A stretch of DNA of 64,000 nt, taken from the IMG/VR virus record IMGVR_UViG_3300031418_000003, one strand, 5' to 3'. Below, piece by piece: positions 18,913-26,556 of the stretch (positions are counted from its first letter, which is position 1; each line of letters opens with the position of its first letter). Below the pieces are notes generated by a model, which had not been told where the DNA came from, ran no database searches, and saw nothing but the letters and a program-made list of their open reading frames with translations. A program made the position numbers and the translations under genes. This stretch comes from a virus. Taxonomy: Duplodnaviria > Caudoviricetes.

Positions 18913-19012
18913 TTACACGCCATGCGGTTGTGCCGGGGTGCAACAGGCCAGGGGCGCTTAGGCGACCATACCTGGGATCCACTTCCCATCTGTCGGTAGG
19001 TGTGGTGTGTAA
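18913..19012 (+). ncRNA. Unclassified ~100-nt multibranch RNA
   Basis: 11-bp closing stem TTACACGCCAT/GTGGTGTGTAA enclosing 3-4 short hairpins; followed by a terminator. Confidence 0.5.
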
Positions 19013-19030
19013 CCCTTTATTAACGAAGAG

Positions 19031-19060
19031 AGAAGGGGTCAGTTGATCCCTTTTCTTTTT
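19031..19060 (+). terminator. Terminator
   Basis: AAGGGGTC-agtt-GATCCCTT then TTCTTTTT. Confidence 0.65.
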
Positions 19061-19079
19061 GTTTGTCCGGAGATAATTT

Positions 19080-19190
19080 ATGTCTTTATTAAAGAAGCTT
19101 CATAACTGGTTTTATAAAGATATGGTTTACTCTGTTTCAGCCGATGCTTGGTTCTACCAAGAAGGCGCGGCAGGTGAATGGGTGGATTAA
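19080..19190 (+). CDS. 36-aa peptide (MSLLKKLHNWFYKDM...GEWVD)
   Basis: GGAG RBS; stop overlaps the next ATG (TAATG). Confidence 0.55.
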   Translation: MSLLKKLHNWFYKDMVYSVSADAWFYQEGAAGEWVD

Positions 19191-19363
19191 TGAAAATTCA
19201 CAAAGTAACTTCTGACCGTATTTTCTTTACCACGGATTCTGGTGCTTATGGATCTGTTCTTAAAGAAGATGTGAGCAAATTAGTAAAAGCAATTGATCTG
19301 CCCGAAGGTAAGATCGATGCTCGTACTGGAACTTGTATGACGGAATTAAAGGAACAAGAATGA
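19190..19363 (+). CDS. Small hypothetical protein (MKIHKVTSDR...)
   Basis: Coupled to both neighbours. Confidence 0.65.
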   Translation: MKIHKVTSDRIFFTTDSGAYGSVLKEDVSKLVKAIDLPEGKIDARTGTCMTELKEQE

Positions 19364-19620
19364 AAGTAGTGATTTACGGTAAAGAAGGCTGTGCTTTCTG
19401 TACCCGTGCTAAAGAGCTTTGCGAAGCCAAAGAGATCGATCACGAATATATCGATTTCGTTAAGACAGGCATGACCAAACAAGATCTCGAGCAGATCGTG
19501 GGTAAACCTGTTGGTACTGTTCCACAGATCTTAGTGGACGGTGTTGCTATTGGTGGTTACACTGACCTGGTTCCCCTGGTTCAGAAACATACCACCCCTG
19601 TTCAAATTGAGAAGGAATAA
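19360..19620 (+). CDS. grx: Glutaredoxin
   Basis: GKEGCAFC active site, TVPQI and IGGYTDL motifs. Confidence 0.92.
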   Translation: MKVVIYGKEGCAFCTRAKELCEAKEIDHEYIDFVKTGMTKQDLEQIVGKPVGTVPQILVDGVAIGGYTDLVPLVQKHTTPVQIEKE

Positions 19621-19623
19621 CCT

Positions 19624-19761
19624 GTGGATTTTGATTTAGACGATCTGAACCTTGACGGTCTGGATGAAGCTGAAGCTCGTAACCAAGAGCGCCAGGCTGA
19701 AGCTAACAAAGAAGCAGCTGCTATCGATGATGATGCAGATTGCGAAGGTTGTAAAATCTAA
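19624..19761 (+). CDS. 45-aa acidic peptide resembling the NrdA C-terminal redox tail (…DDDADCEGCKI)
   Basis: GTG start with AAGGA RBS; terminal CxxCKI; missed by the ORF track. Confidence 0.7.
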   Translation: MDFDLDDLNLDGLDEAEARNQERQAEANKEAAAIDDDADCEGCKI

Positions 19762-19787
19762 TTTTAATAAGGCGATAAATTTTGACT

Positions 19788-19925
19788 ATGAAAAAGAAAA
19801 AGACCTCTTTGAAAGAAAAGATTCGTCGCCAAAATCAGAATGCCGAGAAGCATCTGTACCTCGACGGCGATGGTAATACATTTAGTATGACCAAAGTTAA
19901 AGACGGGTACAAGTTAAACGTGTAG
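19788..19925 (+). CDS. 45-aa basic peptide (MKKKKTSLKEKIRR...)
   Basis: Fills the gap in the operon; missed by the ORF track. Confidence 0.55.
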   Translation: MKKKKTSLKEKIRRQNQNAEKHLYLDGDGNTFSMTKVKDGYKLNV

Positions 19926-19987
19926 GGTAGCGATATCCTATTTCTATTTTGATCTCCAACCACTACTACTAACTGCGAGATAAAAAT

Positions 19988-20608
19988 ATGCAACTTAAAT
20001 TAATTACATTCGACAAAAACAATTATTCAATCAGTACTCAGTACATTGAGCTAGATGGCCTAGCCATTGTCGAGTACCGTTCTCCGATCACCGGTGAATT
20101 TTCTCCCAGTAACACCCAAATCCCGTCGATAACTGATCCCTCTATAATTGCAGTTATTATCCAGAATAGCTTTGCTAAAGCTGAACCTATTCAAATAAGC
20201 AAGCACCAGGGTGCTTATTTAACGGATTCCGGTAAAACGATGGAGGTGATTAACAGACCTTCAGACTTTGACGATATCCAAATTTGGATCAAGTATGATA
20301 AAGAAGAGGGAAACTGGGAACGCGAAACTCTCAGTAGTTATATGGACGAGATTCACTATCGACGTCTGGAGTATAAATATTTAGTTTCTCCCCAAGGAAT
20401 GAATCCAGAAGAAGTGGAGAAACAGATTTCCCTTACCATGGAGGTTGGTAAAAGCGTACTTTGGAGCCGTTATATAAAAGGTACGTCTTTAACTTTCAAA
20501 CTTTCCAGCCAATTCGAATATGACCGGTTCTACAACGACCCAGATTACCAGTTCATCAAAGTTCCGGTTGGTGTCGACCCTAACACGCAAGGGTTTAAAC
20601 TTACATAA
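19988..20608 (+). CDS. Hypothetical protein
   Basis: ORF, 206 aa. Confidence 0.75.
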   Translation: MQLKLITFDKNNYSISTQYIELDGLAIVEYRSPITGEFSPSNTQIPSITDPSIIAVIIQNSFAKAEPIQISKHQGAYLTDSGKTMEVINRPSDFDDIQIWIKYDKEEGNWERETLSSYMDEIHYRRLEYKYLVSPQGMNPEEVEKQISLTMEVGKSVLWSRYIKGTSLTFKLSSQFEYDRFYNDPDYQFIKVPVGVDPNTQGFKLT

Positions 20609-20629
20609 GTATATTATGTAATTCAATCG

Positions 20630-21645
20630 AGTGTAACTGTTTGCTGTTCTGAGGAATAGCATGGTTTCATTACCCCGTTATATTCGACTGTAAGACCCTC
20701 GTTATCCAGGTGTGGGTACATAACGAGGGCAAACCAGCAGGTTGCACTGCTGGACTAAATCCAAGAGTGAAAGCTGGCTTAAGTCCAGTAAAAACTAAGT
20801 AGCTCTTGGTGGGCGATGCAATAGTTTGAAAACTACTGTGTCATAGCAACGCGTCTAAAGTAAACGGTCCCTTCGTATAAGCTCAATACACTTTGGCGTC
20901 CGCGCCGAAGAAATAAGAGATGAACCCGAAACACTCTCAGGGACCCCTCTTCGGAGATAATAGCTTTAGAAACGGGAACGTTGTGCCCATTCCTTAACGA
21001 TGGTTATCCGTCGTTATCCCTTTGTACCAGTGGCTGATATCCAAGTAGAGCTTTAATTATACCTGACGGATAGCGCTCACAGTGTTTCAACCATTGGTAC
21101 AACCTCTTGAGGATCTTGAACGAAAACCGTAGGGTAACCGCTGAGCACATTGCGTTGCATTCAAGGCGGCTGTAGCAGGAGACTGGGTAGTCTTCCTGGG
21201 TGATATCAAGATCCTCAACCTTATCTACTCTCCGTGATATGGAGTAGACAAACCCTGTGGTGGGGGCATCGTAACCATCTGATGAGTCCGCGATGTAAAA
21301 AACAATGAGACGAAACGGGTTCTGTCAAAGGGGACTCCAACTCCAGACAGATCCGTCATGAATCGCTCCGCCTTAACTGTGAAGAGCATCCTCAGTCTAC
21401 GATTCTAGAGGAACAGCAGCGCTACCTGCAAAGGACCATTGGCAAATGGGATCTTAGGGTTAGCAAACAGTCCGCTCCTTTTGCCAGAGGAGAAGTTGTC
21501 AAAACCAAGAGGTGTAGACAGCCTTTAGTTCACTGTAGTGAAGAATCGGGGTTGCTCCCGTAGTAGTCACGAACAGTGATCTTTAGAGTGTTTACCGGAT
21601 AACAATATCGTACGCCCCTACCTCCTCACGGGGGTAGGGGTTTAT
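20630..21645 (+). ncRNA. Large (~1 kb) structured non-coding RNA with an embedded hammerhead
   Basis: ORF-free; nested long-range helices join 5' and 3' parts; ends at a terminator. Confidence 0.7.
21259..21372 (+). ncRNA. Type I hammerhead ribozyme
   Basis: CUGAUGA 21279-85, stem II GUC/GAC, GAAA 21312-15, stem III 21316-26/21346-55, GUC cleavage triplet 21355-57, stem I with loop-loop pseudoknot. Confidence 0.88.
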
Positions 21646-21646
21646 G
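21615..21646 (+). terminator. Terminator hairpin (CTAC/GTAG family)
   Basis: CCCCTACCTC-ctcacg-GGGGTAGGGG then TTTATGTTT. Confidence 0.75.
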
Positions 21647-21756
21647 TTTGGCTTTTCATTTGATCATATGAGCTCGTTCCATATATGTCCTAGGATGGAT
21701 GATATATGAAACATCTTATTATAGTTAATAAGACTATTTCGAAATAGAGGTAACAT

Positions 21757-22611
21757 ATGAGTTTGAGTAGCCCTGTCGATTTTGCTATCGACTATGTAAT
21801 GAACGGTCCAACCGATATCTCGGAATATCTGTTGAAGTTGGCCTTTCACAATCCCAATAACGGGTACGGTGGCATCTGGGGAAATCCCAATGACTCCTTC
21901 TCTGTAGAGCAGGGTATCCGTGAAAAAGTCATCGCCAAGATGGTTGCGCCGTTACTTCAGGTAGCCGGTGGTCAAACTGAGATCATTGATTTGTCCGGTG
22001 CACAGATTGAGAATTTAGCAGGCGGTGTTATTTGGGTTTCAGTACCCGACTTCATGACCGGTGGTCGTCGTATCATCGAGGTAATCGAAGTCTACCCAGG
22101 CAATATCAATCGAGCGGTTGCTAACGGTTATAATTTTGGCAGTGCTGCAACTTGTGGTGGCGGGGCAATCAATAACTCGCTGAGCCGATTGATGACTGGA
22201 TTAACAGACAGTAACGTTACTCGTTCTTTCAACAGCTTTACTATTGTTGGACCCAACTCTTTCCTGATTCGTGATGCGGGTTCGGCAATGTTTAACATGA
22301 TCGCCAAAGTGGTTCTCTCCTATGACGAGAGCTTTAACGGCGTACCTGTTAAGATGTTTGATAAGTTTGCTGAGTTAGTTGAACTCGGTACCAAAGCTTA
22401 CATCTATAAAACTTGCCGTCGCGGGATGCAAGAAGCAGTCTCTCGTTTTGGTGTAACTGTAGATGATGTCCAAGATGACATTCAGGGATACTCCGATGCT
22501 GCTCAGCAGTTCAAAGAGTTCTACAACGACAAGATGAAGAAGTACATGGCTTATGCTGATGCCAAAGGTAAAACCGACCAACTTAAAATGATTGTTCCAA
22601 GGAAACGATAA
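21757..22611 (+). CDS. Conserved phiKZ-like virion structural protein (putative)
   Basis: Position in the late cluster upstream of terL; GAGG RBS. Confidence 0.6.
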   Translation: MSLSSPVDFAIDYVMNGPTDISEYLLKLAFHNPNNGYGGIWGNPNDSFSVEQGIREKVIAKMVAPLLQVAGGQTEIIDLSGAQIENLAGGVIWVSVPDFMTGGRRIIEVIEVYPGNINRAVANGYNFGSAATCGGGAINNSLSRLMTGLTDSNVTRSFNSFTIVGPNSFLIRDAGSAMFNMIAKVVLSYDESFNGVPVKMFDKFAELVELGTKAYIYKTCRRGMQEAVSRFGVTVDDVQDDIQGYSDAAQQFKEFYNDKMKKYMAYADAKGKTDQLKMIVPRKR

Positions 22612-24083
22612 TGTCAGCATTTCCAAAAGAACCAAGCTTACTGACCCGTAACATCTATACGGGGTTAAACCTGATTGACCAAGAAGAGCATCAACTTTCT
22701 GATACCGAGCTGCGCGAGCTTTTAGCAGGGATGGAAACCAGAAATGATCCCCACACACTTTTTGGTCCTGTCTTAGGGTTTAACCAATACGGCGGCATGG
22801 AGTCCTTTGAATCCAATCTTGAATACATCTCAGGAATGGAAGCATTAACTCCTAACTTTAATTACAGCCGTGACGATGCGGTTAAAGACATCTTCGATGG
22901 TCTGGTTGATGATCTCGTGATTAACCAGCGTTGGGTATCTACATTGCGCCGCTTTGTTTATGGTTTTGCAACCAAAGACAATGACCACACCGAGTTCTTT
23001 GGTTCACCTTACCTCGGTACCCATCGTGTTTTGTTCAAGACCTCTGACCGTGTAACTTTCTTCCGTGACATCATCGATGTTGACGAGGTACGTTTACGTG
23101 ACGAACTGATCAAAACCAAATGGATTAACAAAGACTTTAAAGTGTCATCTGAAGCCTTTAACTTGTCCATCATTTATTTGATGCATCGGGTTTATATTTC
23201 TGACCTGCCAAAGAACGTGAAAGAAGATGCCTTGATTAACCTGGTGATGTTATTCCATTACCGTATCATGACATCTATCATGAACCACTACTTTGGTTAC
23301 CTGGTTAAACCCAGTGTCGCTATAACTGCCTATAACAAGCTCTCCTTGAAGTTTGATATCAAGAAGTACGGTTCATGGACCGATCTGTTTAAAGCGCGTG
23401 GTGAGTTTGTCATTGATCCTCGTACCGGTATTCACTTTGATGCCTTTGCGAAGATGGACAATGACAAGAAGATTGTCTACATGGTCAACGATATGGAGTC
23501 TCGTCTGAAAGGTGTGGTCAACGACTATACCAAAGTGCTGTATGAGATCAAAGATTCGGCTGACCTGGTGGAAACAGATTCTGGTTTAGCAGTCATGGAA
23601 GGCGAGCTGAATATTAAAGACATTCAGAAGCGTGAAACCCGCTATAAGAACTATATCTCCAATACCTTAATGGCGACCAATAGTTTTTATAAACAGGAAC
23701 TAGTAACTTATGCTGCTAAAGCAATTCCCCGTACTGACGAAGATAAACTCGAGATGATTATCCGAGACTTCCCAAGTCAGTATGCCCACGCTAAAGGGGA
23801 GAAATATCGGGAGTTTGTTGACGACGTAACGACGCATCTGTTTGAATACCTTTCCACGAATTCGATCCGACACCAGGACTTGAAGAACGTGTTCTTTAAA
23901 CTGCGCGGTGCCTATACGTCAAACAAATCTTCCAATGCCCTTCTCCTGAAGCTTAGAACGAACGGTGACGAGCTCATTAAAGTCATGACCGGTATTAAGA
24001 CGGAGATTAAGATCACGTCTCTACGTACCAGCCTGATGCTTTATATCGTCCTCCGTACGCTTGTTATGGAGTCAATGACCTAA
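22611..24083 (+). CDS. phiKZ-like virion (head) protein with putative propeptide
   Basis: YLGTHRVLF...DR core; three GME motifs in the N-terminal 80 aa. Confidence 0.6.
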   Translation: MSAFPKEPSLLTRNIYTGLNLIDQEEHQLSDTELRELLAGMETRNDPHTLFGPVLGFNQYGGMESFESNLEYISGMEALTPNFNYSRDDAVKDIFDGLVDDLVINQRWVSTLRRFVYGFATKDNDHTEFFGSPYLGTHRVLFKTSDRVTFFRDIIDVDEVRLRDELIKTKWINKDFKVSSEAFNLSIIYLMHRVYISDLPKNVKEDALINLVMLFHYRIMTSIMNHYFGYLVKPSVAITAYNKLSLKFDIKKYGSWTDLFKARGEFVIDPRTGIHFDAFAKMDNDKKIVYMVNDMESRLKGVVNDYTKVLYEIKDSADLVETDSGLAVMEGELNIKDIQKRETRYKNYISNTLMATNSFYKQELVTYAAKAIPRTDEDKLEMIIRDFPSQYAHAKGEKYREFVDDVTTHLFEYLSTNSIRHQDLKNVFFKLRGAYTSNKSSNALLLKLRTNGDELIKVMTGIKTEIKITSLRTSLMLYIVLRTLVMESMT

Positions 24084-24084
24084 C

Positions 24085-24705
24085 ATGAAATACGCCGTAT
24101 TTGAAGGACCTGATCTTGGCGGTAAATCAACCTTAACTAAAAAGGTTGCAGAGCGTCTGGGTTATCGCTTGGTTGCTGAACCTTTCACTGAATCTGAAAA
24201 TGGAAAGGCAGTAAAGAAAGCAATCATCAACAACACGTTTAATAAAGAAACCGAAGTCTTCCTGTTAGCCGCAAACCGATTGGAAGCTTTCCGTGATGTG
24301 ATTACCCCTAATCGTCACACTGGTGTAATTGGTGATCGATCTGTGGTCAGTACAATGGTGTATCAGGTTGGAGAAGGTGTGTATAACTCACCAATGAATA
24401 TCCTCAACTTCATGTCCAAAGTGCTGGAAGATCAGATGCACGATATTTATCCTGATCATTTATTCTTCTTGGATATTGATCACGATACTTACCTCAGTCG
24501 TCTGGCCAGTTCAGGTCGCGTTGCTGACGAGAAAGAAAAAGCTTTGATGGATCCGGATAATTGGATGAAACTCAAAGAAGACTATCTCGCCGCAATTGAA
24601 TTGATCACGTTCACCAATCCAGATGTCCAGGTGCATTTCATTACGCCAGAAACAACGGTCGATGAGATCATTGCTATCATTGATCCGTCACTGCTTCCAG
24701 AATAA
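24085..24705 (+). CDS. tmk: Thymidylate (dTMP) kinase
   Basis: FEGPDLGGKST P-loop, EP, ANR, DRS...YQ motifs. Confidence 0.92.
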   Translation: MKYAVFEGPDLGGKSTLTKKVAERLGYRLVAEPFTESENGKAVKKAIINNTFNKETEVFLLAANRLEAFRDVITPNRHTGVIGDRSVVSTMVYQVGEGVYNSPMNILNFMSKVLEDQMHDIYPDHLFFLDIDHDTYLSRLASSGRVADEKEKALMDPDNWMKLKEDYLAAIELITFTNPDVQVHFITPETTVDEIIAIIDPSLLPE

Positions 24706-24726
24706 AAAAAAATAATTGATTAAGAT

Positions 24727-24754
24727 CCTCTACTCTCCGCTAGGAGAGTAGAGG
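24727..24754. terminator. Bidirectional terminator (CTAC/GTAG family)
   Basis: CCTCTACTCTCC-gcta-GGAGAGTAGAGG between convergent genes. Confidence 0.8.
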
Positions 24755-24764
24755 TAATCTTTAA

Positions 24765-25310
24765 TTAGTCTGTAATAACGTGATCTAATAAGGACTGGAA
24801 GTCGGTACCGTAAAAGACACAATTCCCAACCGGAGTGTCGGGATAGATTCGAAGAGAGGTATAAAAACCTTTCTCAACTATTTCCTTTATTGACTCTTCT
24901 ACCGTTTCTTTCTCAGGAACAAAATCGTCCGCTTCTGGATCGATTCCGAATTCATATTCTAATGGACACTCGGTAGGTAATGCCCGATAAGTTAGGTATG
25001 ATCCGGACACCATCTTGTTAGCGAGAAATACAAATTTATCCATACGAAATGATGGAACCAGTTCATAAACATCAGGATGGTGTTCTTTCAACCAGGTCAT
25101 TAGTGACTCAGCGTCATAGGACATAATTATGATGTTTAGTTTCTCACCGTTCTTTTCGTACTTGATGAAGATCGCAGCAACGAAATCTTTTTCGATGATT
25201 TCTGCACGAGGAACAATCGCTATGCAGGATGATTCTTTAACATGCTGTTCAGCAGATTCGTACACAGTGGTGTTGTCTTTAGTTTCTAAACGAAATTCAA
25301 TAAGTTTCAT
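24765..25310 (-). CDS. Hypothetical protein
   Basis: ORF. Confidence 0.75.
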   Translation of the reverse strand: MKLIEFRLETKDNTTVYESAEQHVKESSCIAIVPRAEIIEKDFVAAIFIKYEKNGEKLNIIIMSYDAESLMTWLKEHHPDVYELVPSFRMDKFVFLANKMVSGSYLTYRALPTECPLEYEFGIDPEADDFVPEKETVEESIKEIVEKGFYTSLRIYPDTPVGNCVFYGTDFQSLLDHVITD

Positions 25311-25339
25311 ATTTCTTTTCTCTAAAGTTAAAATTACGA

Positions 25340-25759
25340 TTAATGGAAGGTTGCGTATTCAGCTTCAGCAACGGCCTGATCAACTTCTTTAGGGAAGATC
25401 ATGTTCATTATGGTATCGTATTCTTCTGACATGGTAACCGCAGTGGCCAAGAAGCCCATTGGTTCAAGACGAGCACGAATCAACGAAGTAATTGAAACGT
25501 CGTCATTCATGTTGTGGTATCCGTATACAAAGGCTTCAGCAATTGCGGGAAGATCGATGTCGCGACGCGCACGCTGACAAATAAACTCGGCCTTATCATA
25601 AACAGCAACTGCAACAAAGGCAACAGCTTGTTCAAAGGTACCAGCTTCAAATACGATACCTTTAGTTTTCTGAAGGAAGATTTCAAAGTCACGATCGGAC
25701 AAAGTGAAATCTTGTTTACCGGTTAATTTACGAACTGAGTTTTCAAAATGAGCTTTCAT
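25340..25759 (-). CDS. Hypothetical protein
   Basis: ORF with AAGGT RBS. Confidence 0.75.
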   Translation of the reverse strand: MKAHFENSVRKLTGKQDFTLSDRDFEIFLQKTKGIVFEAGTFEQAVAFVAVAVYDKAEFICQRARRDIDLPAIAEAFVYGYHNMNDDVSITSLIRARLEPMGFLATAVTMSEEYDTIMNMIFPKEVDQAVAEAEYATFH

Positions 25760-25776
25760 TTAAATACCTTAAATTA

Positions 25777-26418
25777 TTAATTAGTTTTAAAATCGATAAT
25801 ACGACTACTTGTGTTTTTCAGAATACGGCAATGATGATCTGCTTTTTCTTCCAGCATCATCATAACTTCGATAGGATAAAGATTATCGCTGTAACCGGCT
25901 TGTATCGAAGAAATATACAACCCTTTAATGTTGTCCGCGTCACTGCGAAATTCAATTATCGTTTCAGTGAGATCAACGTGGATCGTTGCGACCACTTTCC
26001 GATACTGCTCAGGAAACTTATACATTTCTTCAAATTCTTTATACCAACAAAGATATAACGCCCCAGTCATTTCTTCTGGATCATATCCACCTGAAGTAAT
26101 AGTATTAAGAATACTGCTGAACTCACCTTTTCTGGTGGCGTATCGATTACCTGAAATAACACTCATGTTTTTCAACAAGGTATCTGACTTTGAATTTTCT
26201 TTGTTTAATTGATCGCAAAGTTCTTGTGCCTCTTTCATGGCCAGTTCAAACATAGCTTTAGAGTATGGTCGTTGGTTGGGAACATGCTGATCGGCTAAGA
26301 TGATAATTTTATTTACATTATCATGCCAACCATATGAGAGAGTTCCATGACTACCTTCCACCACTACCGCGATTTCTAAACGTTCTTGTCCAGTCGGGTG
26401 CTTTTGAACAATATACAT
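25777..26418 (-). CDS. Hypothetical protein
   Basis: First ORF after a promoter motif; GAGG RBS. Confidence 0.75.
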   Translation of the reverse strand: MYIVQKHPTGQERLEIAVVVEGSHGTLSYGWHDNVNKIIILADQHVPNQRPYSKAMFELAMKEAQELCDQLNKENSKSDTLLKNMSVISGNRYATRKGEFSSILNTITSGGYDPEEMTGALYLCWYKEFEEMYKFPEQYRKVVATIHVDLTETIIEFRSDADNIKGLYISSIQAGYSDNLYPIEVMMMLEEKADHHCRILKNTSSRIIDFKTN

Positions 26419-26458
26419 GTGAAGCCTCTTGAATTATTTAGTTGAGTTATACACTTAA

Positions 26459-26473
26459 ATAATATAAGACTCA
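26459..26473 (-). promoter_or_regulatory. Phage promoter motif
   Basis: TGAGTCTTATATTAT on the minus strand. Confidence 0.65.
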
Positions 26474-26556
26474 GTTAGAATGCAACTAAACTATCCTTTG
26501 TAACGCGCTGTACAGCGCTCTAAGCTTATGTTCGCACCAACGAAGGTGAATGTCTT

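Noticed and set aside
18001-19012. Group I intron containing the HNH ORF
   Set aside because: No matching P7 (GACUA/UAGUC) arrangement and no flanking exons that rejoin into a tRNA or gene
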